The position numbers and the translations under genes are program-made. 64,000 nucleotides of DNA, from assembly GCA_000934665.2 (NCBI GenBank), contig KZ538072.1:1-64000 (forward strand), in the 5' to 3' direction. Below, piece after piece: positions 1 to 11,698 of the stretch. The notes under the pieces are model-generated. The model made no database searches, was not told where the DNA came from, and saw nothing but the letters and a program-made list of their open reading frames with translations. The first letter of the stretch is position 1. Each line of letters opens with the position of its first letter. The DNA comes from Catajapyx aquilonaris (Eukaryota).

Positions 1-158
1 TACACGTACACTACAATTAAAATGGAACACACTCTCCCAGGACCACATCATATAGGGCTGTAACACTGATGTTCATTACAGCAAGCACTACAAACATAGG
101 ATTTTCTCAGTCTTCGGGTTTCGCCTGTGACAATGGGACGTTGTCTTGAGTCATTTAA

Positions 159-443
159 CCCTGGAACCGTGCCTCAGGTGCCTGAGAGTATTACGGCAAC
201 CGTTCCGTGGGGTCTTTTCGGACCCCACCATGTTTTAATTTTTATTAATTATTATATAATACTTTTCAATGTATTAACTATATACAATCATTCTTTGAAC
301 AATGCCTAAAATGATCGCTAATTCAAAAGAAACCTGCATATCCTGTTATATACTGTAAAAATGGCAAAAGGTCAATGTAATTATTATTTTATTGCATTTT
401 ATTCCTTGGGGTCCAAAAAGACCCCCACGGCACGGTTCCAGGG
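159..443. mobile_element. piggyBac-like MITE, copy 1
   Basis: TTAA at 155-158 and 444-447; terminal inverted repeats CCCTGGAACCGTGCC...GGCACGGTTCCAGGG; near-identical copy at 42021-42301. Confidence 0.85.
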
Positions 444-1022
444 TTAAAATGGCAACACGAACCACTACCGCCGGCCGTGTTCGAGTTTTTCTCTCCGATA
501 TTGAAGTTAGATGTTAAGTAGGATTATCGGGGGTCACTCTCGGCCAAACCAACCCAATATAACATTTGCTAATATACACTGATGACCAATCTGAACTGAC
601 CTTATCGCAGGTTTTATTTTAAATGGAGAGAGTTACTCGAAGACTGAAATAATTAATGAACTGCAATATCCTAGGAGGTTAATTTAAATATGCAGCTTTG
701 CAGTTGATAATTACATTATGTCCTTAAATTCATGGTCTCGCATCTTCGAAGGCAGCATCGCATCGTCACCAACACTCATCCCGCACTATTGGAGGGCCAA
801 ATTTTTGTGTGCATCATACTTCTCTATAATAGATTACAGGGTTGGCTGAAAATCCTATATGTTAAAAATAAAATAAGAATAAAATCCACATTGGAGAGAG
901 TGTGTGGGTAAGATTGATTCACTCTGTTTTAAATGTGGCGCAAGAAGGGACGCAGGGTCGGATCCAGAGAGGAATTTTGGGGGAGGAACTAATTCTGTAT
1001 TAATGTTGCCCCCCCCCCCCCC

Positions 1023-1112
1023 NNNNNNNNNNNNNNNNNNNNNNNNNNNNNNNNNNNNNNNNNNNNNNNNNNNNNNNNNNNNNNNNNNNNNNNNNNNNNN
1101 NNNNNNNNNNNN
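1023..1112. other. assembly gap (90 N) between poly-C and poly-G runs
   Basis: Run of N flanked by C and G homopolymers. Confidence 0.95.
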
Positions 1113-2629
1113 GGGGGGGGGGGCTTGATATTCATTTGCATCGAGAAGGGAATAAACATACACATATCATCCATCCGCATAGTCTATCCCGCCATCCCCC
1201 CATTCCATCCTGCCCCGCCAAAAAGTGACCTACATAGCCTACGAAAAACGAATACCGGTATGCAGGGAAACTTCTCACTTTGCATAGTGGGAAATGAAAA
1301 CCAGCCACTACACAAAAGTCGCGTTTTGGCCTTTAATTAGAGACGACAAGAAGTCCAGAACACGTTCCTGTTTCCCCCCACTCGATGAGCGTTTCCGATT
1401 GTTTGAGCTTAATATACTGTGTTTCAGATTATTTTTATATAAAAAATTAATAAATATATCGATTTGATGTAATTTGATGGGTAGCGTGACCCCGCAAGTA
1501 ATATTCATTAAAGCTGCTATTCCTTACTAAAAATAACTGCTAGTATCTCAGCCGCTACTTATATTAGCTGGCCACATGGTTCCAAAAAATATGTAGACTA
1601 TAATGACCAATATTTTTTCCTGGCCTTCCCATGTGTCCTTTTGACTGGCCCTTTAGAATTTTATCGCGTATCCAACACTACCTTGACAAGCAGTATTCAG
1701 TGAATAGTTCGATCAAGTGGACGTGCATTTCTGGCGCCTTGAATGGATTGTTGCTGCATGGCTAAACTGTTTTAAAAAGCACAAAGGTATTTTTATTGCG
1801 TTTGTTTATTCTGGGCATTAATTATTACACATCATTTCAGAAATATGGGACCTTGAGCTTGACTTTTTTTTGGGAGACTTGTGTCACAACTGCACCTTGA
1901 TGTTTTGGCAAGTCAAGAAAATGACTTGGGTTGAGCAAGATTGGATTATTGCAGAATTTTTTTCATCAAGTAAGGGTTCCTAATAGTAATCATATTGTTC
2001 TTCATGATTTTAAGTTGCAATATTTAGTAATATTGGGCACCACAAAGCCATTGAGCCCCCACAGCCTGATTTCCCCATATTATACAATATAATATGGAAT
2101 CAGCTGAGGCCTGAATCCTCCATAAGTTCAGTTTTAATTTACCATATAATATGGCAATGGTATGTTGCTGGTCGCCAATTTTTGTGTCACATGTTGTTTT
2201 CTGATAATTTTAATATAATTATTATGTGGGTATGCATGATTCATCATTGTAATAAAATCATTCGAGGTATTTCCACATCGAGCAATCACCATGAATTCGA
2301 TTAACTATTAGATTTAGCGAACAATGTGCTGCTCAAATATTTGGCTGTCATTTACCATTATCATGAAAGTTGAAGAAAAAAATTCCGACGGGTTTCTCAA
2401 GATCTCACCGAGACCCAACACTGCTAAAACACTACTACAAAAGATAATATGCCAAAGTCACTGCATGGCAATGCATATTCAAGTGTCGTAAAGAGGCAAT
2501 GAGCACCCTCAACGAGGCCACAGAGAGTGACAAGTCACGTCTGTGGCGTATCCCAACCTTCACTTTCGTAGGTTTGTCAATTTTTATGTCACTTTTTATA
2601 TTAGAGTAGGTGAAAGGAATAGCCTATTG

Positions 2630-3048
2630 AAGGTAAAGGCTAGTGCATTCTTTGTCCTGAAGTTCCAAATTGCATCGATTTTATTGCAGGGGATACAAAA
2701 TGATGCGCATGCAGGTGGTCAGCCTTCTCCTGGGACAGTTTGAAGAAGGAGAACAATTTTTGACGCCCGTAGTGACCACTGATGAAGCCTGGGTTCACTA
2801 CTTCATTCCCGAGCAGTTTCCAAGTCTCAGCAGTCATCGAGAGTGGCACCATAGCAGTTCTCCAAGACCCAAAAAGCCGTTTGTTCCAGAGTGGATGCAC
2901 CCACAACCGATTTTTTTTCCTCTTTTTTTTCTTTTGAAGGGAATAAAACAGCTGCCAGAACGCTGAAACGGGTGACATGTAAAAGAAGTCAATGTGAAAT
3001 AAGGTTTGTTCTATAAAATTCAGTCCCCTTCATATTTGAGCCACCTTG
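2630..3048 (+). mobile_element. mariner-type transposon remnant (partial transposase plus one TIR)
   Basis: Translation FLTPVVTTDEAWVHYFIPE...REWHHSSSPRPKK resembles the mariner first-Asp motif (IVTGDETWVH...EWHH.SSPRPKK); right terminus reads CAAGGTGGCTCAAATATGA on the minus strand and is followed by TA. Confidence 0.75.
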
Positions 3049-3554
3049 TATATATGTTAGGCTCAAATCCCGAAAACGGCCATTGCGCGAAAAAACCGTC
3101 CATACTGCAGAATGATCTGTGCCAAACCATCCATTCTGCAGAATGGATGGCGCATTCCGCAGAATGCTCCATGTCAAACCGTCCATTCTGCAGAATGCTC
3201 ATTGTCCAACCATCCATTCTGCAGAATGGACGGTTTGACATGGAGCATTCTGCAGAATGGATGTTTTAAACAGTTTTAAACCGTCCATTCTGCAGAATGC
3301 TCCTTTCTCAAACCATCCATTCTGTAGAATGGACGGTTTAATGAAACGGCCAGAGCCCGAAATGCTCTTTTTAAGGCCAGAACGCTTTCCTGGGCGAAAC
3401 TTACACGTCAGGACTCCAATTTCGTGTCGGGATGGCTGGTTTAGAAGACGCCCATAACTAGTTGTGGCAGTTTCCTGTTTCCCACTGTGCCATGTAGAAG
3501 CTGGAAATAAATCACCCTATTGTTGTTTGGCAAATGGTTGAAATACAAGATTCA

Positions 3555-4002
3555 ATCAGAAAAAACAAGCTGAGGAAATGATTTCTCTGTCCAACTCAAG
3601 GCTTTCCCCTGTCGACATAGGGTGAAACGTCGTGGTTGGGGTACCTGAAAGCGATCGAGGACGTTTGGCTCCTAGGAATGTGTTAGCGGTTGTTGTCGAC
3701 GTTAATGAATCTGGGCTCTACCAATTGGGCACGAAAGAAGGCATTTTAGAGAGGCTGTATGCTCGCAATGAGTTCACACCTGCTGATTCCAATTTTATAG
3801 ATCTGGACGAAGTTCCTTATTCCACCAGTTCTGTATCTCTTCGATCGGCTTCAGCTAGTTCAGCTTCAGTTCAGGTAGTAAGCAGGGATTCATAAGTTGC
3901 AGTTGCAAAAAGTACTGCACTGATAAGAAAAGTAAATGTCGATCAAGCAATATTAAGTGCAATTCTAAGTGTCATCCGAACAGTGCCTGCAAAAGCAAAT
4001 AG
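3555..4002 (+). pseudogene. C-terminal fragment of KRBA2/SCAND3-like (Ginger-type integrase) transposase
   Basis: VPESDRGRLAPRNVLAVVVDVNESGLYQLGTKEGILERLYARNEF...SLRSAS, then after a frameshift a Cys-rich tail GFISCSCKKYCTDKKSKCRSSNIKCNSKCH; in-frame stop upstream. Confidence 0.75.
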
Positions 4003-4118
4003 ACTAATAATTGAAGGATAGGAGTTCCTGGAAGATGTACTTGTAATAATGGTTATAAATATTTGGAGGTAGGACTAACACAGTGCTTGGAAATGATGTA
4101 CTAGTAATAATGGTATCA

Positions 4119-4122
<4 letters not shown>

Positions 4123-4179
<57 letters not shown>

Positions 4180-4422
4180 GATAGGCCCCTTGGGCCTCTT
4201 AGGGGATCATCTTTTGAATATCCGACTTTAATCATTTGCCTGTAATGTGATGGATTTTGATAGTGGGAGGAAACGGGAGAACCCCGAGAAAACCCACGCG
4301 AACACGGAGAGAACCCATCGAAACTCTATCCACATAAGTATCCTCCGTCCGACCCGGGGATCGAACTCGGAACCTTAGAGGTGGAAGCCTGCGGCGCTAA
4401 CCACTCGGCCACCGTGTCGCCC
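4123..4422 (-). mobile_element. tRNA-derived SINE with V-domain-like body and (ATT)n tail, copy 1
   Basis: Minus strand has A box TGGCCGAGTGG and B box GAGTTCGATCC; body GTTCTCTCCGTGTTCGCGTGGGTTTTCTCGGGGTTCTCCCGTTTCCTCCCAC; 12-bp TSD TGGTATCAAATA (4111-4122, 4423-4434). Confidence 0.85.
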
Positions 4423-5415
4423 TGGTATCAAATATTTGGAGGTAACACCGTTCTTGGAAATGATGTACTAGTAAAAATGGTAATAAATATTTGGAGGTAA
4501 TAGTTCCTGGAAAGTAAACAGCAGCATCAAATGTTAAGTATTTCAACCATTTGCCAAACAACAATAGGGTGACTTATTTCCAGCTTCTACATGGCACAGT
4601 GGGAAACAGGAAACTGCCACAACGAGTTATGGGCGTCTTCTAAACCAGCCATCCCGACACGAAATTGGAGTCCTGACGTGTAAGCCGTTTCGCCCAGGAA
4701 AGCGTTCTGGCCTTAAAAAGAGCATTTCGGGCTCTGGCCGTTTCATTAAACCGTCCATTCTGCAGAATGGATGGTTTGAGAAAGGAGCATTCTGCAGAAT
4801 GGACGGTTTGACATGGAGCATTCTGCAGAATGGACGGTTTTTTCGCGCAATGGCCGTTTTCGGGGTTTGAGCCTAACATATACATTTGATTTTGTGACTA
4901 AAAACAGCAAGTAACTCATGCCACAGGCATTTTGCAGTATAGCAAGGGGAAAGAGAAATTAAAGCTTCAATTCATTATTTCCAAGAATCTACAGTATGCC
5001 TGCTCATTTTGCAATTGGGTCATTCCACGTCAGTTCGGCACGATATTAGCCCTTGGTATCTCGAATTTCGTTCATACTTTTTTAAATGGAAGTACTCCAC
5101 CCCAAACAAATGTGGCCCAGGCCATTCATCCGAAAAACCTTTAGCAACGGAACAACGGGCGACGAAAGATTATCGATTTTATCGTTTTTGGCGCTGTGCG
5201 GTATCCGAAAAGTGACGATATCTCCCTTGATATCGATCGTAGAGAGATGTACATAGGGACTTAAATTAATTGGAGATGTGCACGGAATAGACGTAGGCCA
5301 CCAAATATATTTTATGTAATATCTTTAAGAATTTACGCTAAATTTTGAACTTTAAATTTACTTTTCCAAAAACGCTGTTTTTATTTATTTTTACTTTTTC
5401 CCTTACATAAATATA

Positions 5416-6237
5416 TAGTCCTTTGTGTTAATTATCCCGTAAAAATGTCGATGGGCAATTCATAATGGGTCGAGATAAAAATTATCGAAACTGAAGGTAC
5501 ACCACTCCTGCATATCTCGCTAGTGTCTTGAACGAACATTCATTGGGGGGTTTTTTTTTGGCCCAGTAAACAGGCTTAACTCATGATGTAAGTCTGGTGA
5601 CTAATTTTCTTTAAACTTTACCAATTCTGAACCGATTAATATTTTAGTCATTCAATAATTTTCCAATGATTTTGTCAATGTTATTATGATTATCATTAAA
5701 TCATAATAATTGACAAAATGATGTAAGTCTGGTGACTAATTTTCTTTAAACTTTACCAATTCTGAACCAATTAATACTTTAGTCATTCAATAATTTTCCA
5801 ATGATTTTGTCAATGTTATTATGATTATCATTAAATCATAATAATTGATAAAATGATGTAAGTCTGGTGACTAATTTTCTTTAAACATTACAAATTCTGA
5901 ACCAATTAATACTTTAATAATTCAATAAATTACCAGTGATTTTGTCAATTATTATGATTACTATTACTTAATGGTAATTATATTTGACAAAATCATTGGA
6001 AAATTATTGAATGCCAAATACATTCATTGGTTCAGAATTTGTAATAAGAAAATTAGTCACCAGACTTACATCATGAGTTAATCCTGTATACTGGGCCAAA
6101 AAATACCCAAGGAACGTTCGTTCAAGACACTAGCGAGATATGCATGAGCGGTGTATCATCAATTTCGATAATTTTTATCTCGAACAATTATGAATTGCCC
6201 ATCGACATTTTAACGGGATAATTAACACAAAGGACTA
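5416..6237. mobile_element. palindromic MITE nested in the 5017-7347 element
   Basis: TAGTCCTTTGTGTTAATTATCCCGT...ACGGGATAATTAACACAAAGGACTA termini in a (TA)n site. Confidence 0.75.
5583..5960 (+). repeat. three tandem ~135-bp repeats inside the MITE
   Basis: ATGATGTAAGTCTGGTGACTAATTTTC... recurs at ~5583, ~5718 and ~5853; one inverted copy at ~5985-6074. Confidence 0.8.
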
Positions 6238-6616
6238 TATATATTTATGTAGCATTTACATTGTATCACTTTCTTTTTGAGTGCCTATTTTTTAATTCAA
6301 CAAGATCAGTCTGCCTTGATGAAGTCGCACCTCCGCCAAAGGGATCCCCACACTTATTATTTGTAATCCCCCATGATCAATTGATGTCACGACTGTTTGA
6401 TTATTTTAGGGAGGCGACAAAATATCTCCGTTTCGTGGATATAATACTGGACTGAGCAGGTGAATGACGGGTTGTGTTGCCCATTGTGAGAGTATACTGA
6501 TGTACAAAGTTATTATTACTGGTGATTGTAATTCTGTGTGTTGTTTGTATAAAGTGTAAAGGGAGGTCTTCCTGAGGGGTGCGAACCCGAGGAATAAATG
6601 GAATTGAATTGAATAT

Positions 6617-6968
6617 ATATATATATTTTTTTACGTTACCCCGTGCTAGGGCCATGGGCCCTTATAGGGGGGGTGGATTACCACCATTTTCCTTCAATTT
6701 TCTTATTATTTTCTTCTAACACCGGTGCAAGGATGAAAGGACAAGAGGTAAGGATAGGGATTTTCGGGGAGGGAACATGAGTGCAAGTGCACGTCTGGAA
6801 AGGGGTCATGTGCTGTTCCCCAGGAGGTTAGGTTGCCAGACACCTCCTTGGTGCAGGTCAGAGACCCTCCTGACGCAGGTGAAAGGAAAGTTCCCCAGGC
6901 GGGGATCGAACCTGGGGCCTTTCACACAGCAAGTCAAGACGTTACCATCACGGCCACCACACCTCCCC
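6617..6968 (-). mobile_element. tRNA-derived SINE (second family)
   Basis: Minus-strand head GGGGAGGTGTGGTGGCCGTGATGG...GGTTCGATCCCC; 14-bp TSD ATTGAATTGAATAT (6603-6616, 6969-6982). Confidence 0.8.
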
Positions 6969-7527
6969 ATTGAATTGAATATTTATGCAAGGGAAAAAGT
7001 GAAAATAAATAAAAATAGCGTTTTTGAAAAAGTAAATTTAAAGTTTAAAATTTAGCGTAAATTCTTAAAGATATTACATAAAAATATATTTGGTGGCCTA
7101 TGTCTATTCCGTGCACATCTCTCTACGATTGATATCAAGGGAGATATCGTCACTTTTCGGATACCGCACAGAGACAAAAACGATAAAATCGATAATATTT
7201 CGTCGCCCGTTGTTCCGTTGCTAAATTTTTTTCGGATGAATGGCCGGGCCACATTTGTTTGGGGTGGAGTACTTCCATTTAAAAAAGTATGAACGAAATT
7301 CGAGATACCAAGGGCTAATATCGTGCCGAACTGACGTGGAATGACCCAATTGGTCTTGTGGTATTGGCCCATCAGTAATAGTACAAAGGGAGGATAATTT
7401 TTATGCAGTGATCAGCATTACATAAAATAAATATCTTGATGTTCGATTATTTCCCCCCTCCAAAAAGCTTTTTTTTTGGGGGGGGGGGGGCAGGAAACTT
7501 GGGTCACAGCTGAAAATCAATTTGCTA

Positions 7528-7679
7528 CACTGTAAACTGCAAAGCACTAAAATAGCATCACTACTGAGTCTCCAATGGAGCATTAAGTGAGGGCTGTATG
7601 GAACATTATCATTAAGCATTTCAAAAGACCTCACTTAATGCTCCATGTTGACAGTGATAATGTTGCACATGGTCCTCAC

Positions 7680-7754
<75 letters not shown>

Positions 7755-8105
7755 GACACCCCGTGATAAACCTCCTTGGGCATTTTAGGGGATCATCTTT
7801 TTAATTGACCGACTTTAATCATTGCCTTTGCTGTGATGGATTTTGATTGTGGGAGGAAACGGGGAGAACCCTGAGAAAACCCATGCGAACATGGAGAGAA
7901 CCCATCGAAACTCTATCCACATGGGATCGAACTCGGGACCTTAGAGGTGGAAGGCTTTGGCACTAACCACTACGCCACCTTGCTCCTCACTTAGTGCTCC
8001 TGGGAGACTCGGTAGTGATGCTCTTTTGAGTGATGGTTTTTTTTGGCACAAGAGCGGCAATGGCTATACTGCGGATGCTCTTTTAATGCTTTGCGGTTTA
8101 CAGTG
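7528..8105. mobile_element. CACTG-terminated MITE (CMC/EnSpm-like) hosting a SINE
   Basis: CACTGTAAACTGCAAAGCA...TGCTTTGCGGTTTACAGTG inverted ends, TA on both sides. Confidence 0.6.
7683..7983 (-). mobile_element. V-domain-like tRNA SINE, copy 2
   Basis: Same body and (AAT)n tail as 4123-4422; 10-bp TSD TCCTCACTTA (7673-7682, 7984-7993). Confidence 0.85.
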
Positions 8106-9356
8106 TAGCTGTAGGCATGAAAGACAAAGTGTCCTTGTGTTGGGTAAGGGCAATATGACTGGGATACCTGCAGGGGCCATGCCAAAGGCTATTAAGCAAT
8201 ACCCCACTGACAGTCTCTGGCAAGCCTCATTCAGTTACTTTCTGGGTGAGAAGTGACATTGTTGAGGTTTGAGGCACGGTCGTTTGGGGGAAGCCCTCCA
8301 TGCTGAAATTGGAAGATGACAGTCAATGATCTTTTCCCCCTCAGACTTAGGTTTTGTGACTTATTCCAAGACAAAATGACATTAGTTGATTAATGCATAT
8401 TATCAAACAAGACAATGGAGCTTTGTCCCATACATGAAAAATAGGGGTCCTCTTGAGGGCAATTTGTCTCCCTAAACACCCATGCCATACGGGTTGTCTT
8501 ACTCATCTAACAAAAATATTCTCTGCCACAGCCTTTTGTGGCATAATAAAAATTAACATTTAATTATCTCGCTAATAAAGACAAAATTGCCTAAGTTTAT
8601 TTATTTATTTTACCCCCTGATAGGGCTGAGTCTTTATAGGGGGACAAAACAAAACTGCCAAAATCAACTAGGATAATTTCATCTTGGAATACTGCAGGAC
8701 ACACTGAATCTGAGTGGAAGTGTGTACTGTACCATTTGGATCATCCTGCATGTTATTGAATAAAATAAACTTCAGTCCCCACAAGTTAAGTAGTATTAAT
8801 TTTGTGGCACTAATGCATTTATTACCATTTAATTTCACAAAACCATGGCTGGCATTAGCCAAAAAAATGACCTATTATACCTTCTCTTATAAATGGTGGT
8901 CAGATCATGCACTACCATATTCCACCTAATTTCATGTAATACCCTTGCTGGTGATGAATGTCTCCATGTCATGGTGGTCTTAGTCATATATAAGACCATT
9001 TTTGGATGCTACCTGATGCTACTTATGTAATGATCTACCAAGTCTTGCACAACTAATATTTGCTCATATTTGCCAAGTTTGTTGGGTTATAACTTCATAA
9101 TGAAGTTGATTATTGGTGGATTCTGAAAGTAACATCTCCTATTTTTTCTTGTAAGAAATATGCACAGTTGAATGGTGTGACATGACAGATTAAGTCCACT
9201 TCCAATATCCAGAAAGTTTCGTCACAGCAAATATGGTGGCAGGGTGGGTCATATCAGTAACAAAAAAGTTCAGGGCAGGTGCCTATTTAACATTCAACAC
9301 TCGCCCAAAGTGAAGTCGATGGTTATAGAGAGCCAGAATATATCGGACTGACAATT

Positions 9357-9602
9357 GAGCGGCTGAGAAGCAAAGTGGTTCATGTCAAAATTCGGCCATT
9401 TTGAGTTGTCGCTTGCATGTCATTCCCCATGCCCAACTCTGTTTTGTAACTTGGCCTAAAGACATTTGTAATATTTGCTGATCAAATTATTAAGTTAATG
9501 TGACTTACTTTTACCGTGGCTGCAAGGCAAGCATAGAACTTTGAATGCATTTTTCTCAAAACTAACTTTTTCGATATGAACCACTCTGCTTCTCAGCCAC
9601 TC
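9357..9602. mobile_element. MITE with GAG...CTC termini and AATT duplication (Sola-like)
   Basis: GAGCGGCTGAGAAGCAAAGTGG...CCACTCTGCTTCTCAGCCACTC, AATT on both sides. Confidence 0.7.
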
Positions 9603-10070
9603 AATTGATTTTGACAGATCATATTTCAAAATAAAGTTTGACATGGATGTCTGTCAGAATTGGTAGTTCTTGATTAATGAGATCACGATGACCATTTTTG
9701 GAGACACAATAGAAGTGTACACTACATTGTCCGGAAGTGGGTGATGTGTGTTACTGATGCTGGTAGTGGTTTGCAAGGCATGCAAAGGGCTGGCTATCTT
9801 TGCAAAAGACTGCATGTTGTGCTCCTTCTGATCAAGAGAAAGCTATTATACCCCTCTGGTGCACCACTGTCTAGATACTCTAGACCTTGCGGTCTATCCA
9901 ATACTGTTAAATGTATTGAACTAAATAATCTCTGCACTGGCACCATTCACAGGTTGTAACGAATAAGCTCATCAACTCGCCCATTTTGTGCTGTGCATCA
10001 TTAGAGGAAGGATGGGCAGACTGGAGATACCTTCAAACAATTACCAGTACCTCAATGTGCCTAATCAATT

Positions 10071-10614
10071 GAAGGGGTCGGTGCAATACCGCCCTAACCC
10101 ACCAAATGATGCAAATTGAGTTAAGTAGACTTCCATATACTACACTCATGTATCTAATAAAATCCATTGAAATTGTGCAGTTTCTGCCATTGGTCACTGA
10201 CAAATCAAATGAAATAAGTCACATGGTATATGGGATGTATATGGCCTCTCAAACTTTCAACTACTGTTCAGTGGGGCTTAACGTCGGCCTATTTCTGCCG
10301 CTAAGGCTCAACACCGACGCCAGGGGGTGGTCCTCCTGGAAATTTGGCCACTCTGGGGATCTTTAACGTGCACTCGCGCAATGTCACAAGCACACGGGAC
10401 CGACGGCTTTACTTCCCCTCCAAAGGAAGGCGCACTCTCCCTTTTCTACCACCCGGAGAAAAGTCACAGACCTCGGCCGGGTTCGAACCCACAACTTTGG
10501 GACCAGAGGCGAGCGCGCTAACCACTAGTCCACCGGCGCCGGCTTCAAACTTTCAACTGCAGTTTTCTCAAAATCAGGTTTGGAGGGTTATGGCAGTATT
10601 GCACCGACCCTTTC
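10071..10614. mobile_element. MITE with AATT duplication hosting a SINE
   Basis: GAAGGGGTCGGTGCAATAC...GTATTGCACCGACCCTTTC inverted ends, AATT on both sides. Confidence 0.65.
10263..10544 (-). mobile_element. tRNA-derived SINE with Nin/Deu-domain-like body (third family)
   Basis: Head GCCGGCGCCGGTGGACTAGTGG...GGTTCGAACCC; body GGGGAAGTAAAGCCGTCGGTCCCG...GCACGTTAAAGATCCC; 14-bp TSD TCAAACTTTCAACT (10249-10262, 10545-10558). Confidence 0.8.
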
Positions 10615-11144
10615 AATTGCTTGATGATGCTCACAGCTACTGCCCCTGTCCTTGTAAAATGGTTATGTTCCAGTAAATACTGAAAACGTATTACACCTAC
10701 TAGATTAGAGATGCAACTATTGTAGCAGTTAAAACTAATTCATCACCGAGATTGAGAAGGCAATTTCTGGTGTGGCTACACTTGTCTACAAAATGACCTA
10801 CAAGGCATATTTGGGCAGAATATTGAGGATTGCAAACCAATATGATGTCATGGAATTAATGATCTACCTCTGGGCAATTTCCCACAGTTTTAATCTGCAG
10901 GCGTAACAAGTCTTTAGACAATGACCATTTTAAATGTTTCTTCTGTAAATAATTGAATGTGACTTTACTCATCAAGCAAGCTCTATTGCATTTTTATTTG
11001 CTTGTTTCAATAACATGAGATGTCATTTAGCAATGGCTTAATTGAATTATTCAGATACTGAGAGATGTTACATGTCTCAGGGGTGAAAAATCTGTGGCCA
11101 ACAATGCAAGGCTGTGAAATGCCTAGATACTGAATTTCCTACTA

Positions 11145-11698
11145 CCGTATTACCTCACATAAAGCGGCATGCAAATGTAGCCGAGGTCGACCAGTTTTTC
11201 GAAATGCGAGATCTGGTGCCTATATCGGCATGCCGGTATAAGGCGAGGTTTTCAGATTATCCTTTCCGAACTTGACATTTATCTGAAAATCGAAATTCAC
11301 GTAAAGGCTATCTAAACGGCACATTTTCCGAATAGGGTACCTGTACATCATTTATTGTTTTCAATTGCAGTGTCTGGCAATAATCTCTATTTAAACAGTA
11401 CTGGTATGTTGGAGCAGGGGGTTCCCCTGTCAAAGCAGGCTGACAATGGGATTGGTCACACACTCTACATTTTTTATATGCACTGTGAAATAGAACTTGC
11501 ATATTTTCACAGCCTGCACACTTGTCATTGTAACATTATTTTAGTATGGTACCAGAAACATTCCAAAAAATTTGGCAAGGATCAAAATTACGGAAATCTA
11601 CCTCGGTTATTGCCGCATGCCGGCCACCCCCTGGTTATACCGGCATGCTGGTCGACCTCGTTTTATACCGGCATGCCACTTTATGTGAGGTAATACAG
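11145..11698. mobile_element. pogo/Tigger-like MITE
   Basis: CCGTATTACCTCACATAAAG...CTTTATGTGAGGTAATACAG termini with TA on both sides. Confidence 0.7.

Larger units (their letters stand above)
3055..4878 (+). mobile_element. Ginger/KRBA2-like DNA transposon, internally deleted, with long TIRs
   Basis: TGTTAGG...CCTAACA termini, TATA 4-bp duplication (3051-3054, 4879-4882), inverted arms ~3055-3546 and ~4538-4878 carrying ATTCTGCAGAAT palindromic subrepeats, KRBA2-like coding remnant inside. Confidence 0.75.
5017..7347. mobile_element. non-autonomous DNA transposon with ~370-395-bp TIRs (Sola-like)
   Basis: GGGTCATTCCACGTCAG...CTGACGTGGAATGACCC termini, AATT on both sides; arms ~5017-5411 and ~6978-7347. 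Confidence 0.75.

Noticed and set aside
855..1180. ORFs spanning the N gap, and single N bases in poly-C runs at 30668 and 63855
   Set aside because: Assembly artefacts at G/C homopolymers
1655..1975. Exon-intron-exon-like pattern on the plus strand (GT at 1787, AG at 1840)
   Set aside because: The translation matches nothing I recognise and no complete gene model can be built
2989..3457. Repetitive ORFs (PSILQN/HSAE) and CRISPR-like spacing of ATTCTGCAGAAT
   Set aside because: These are TIR subrepeats of a transposon; the spacers are not unique, there are no cas genes and the context is eukaryotic
4932..5215. Short ORFs duplicated at 7052-7372
   Set aside because: Chance translations of the two TIR arms
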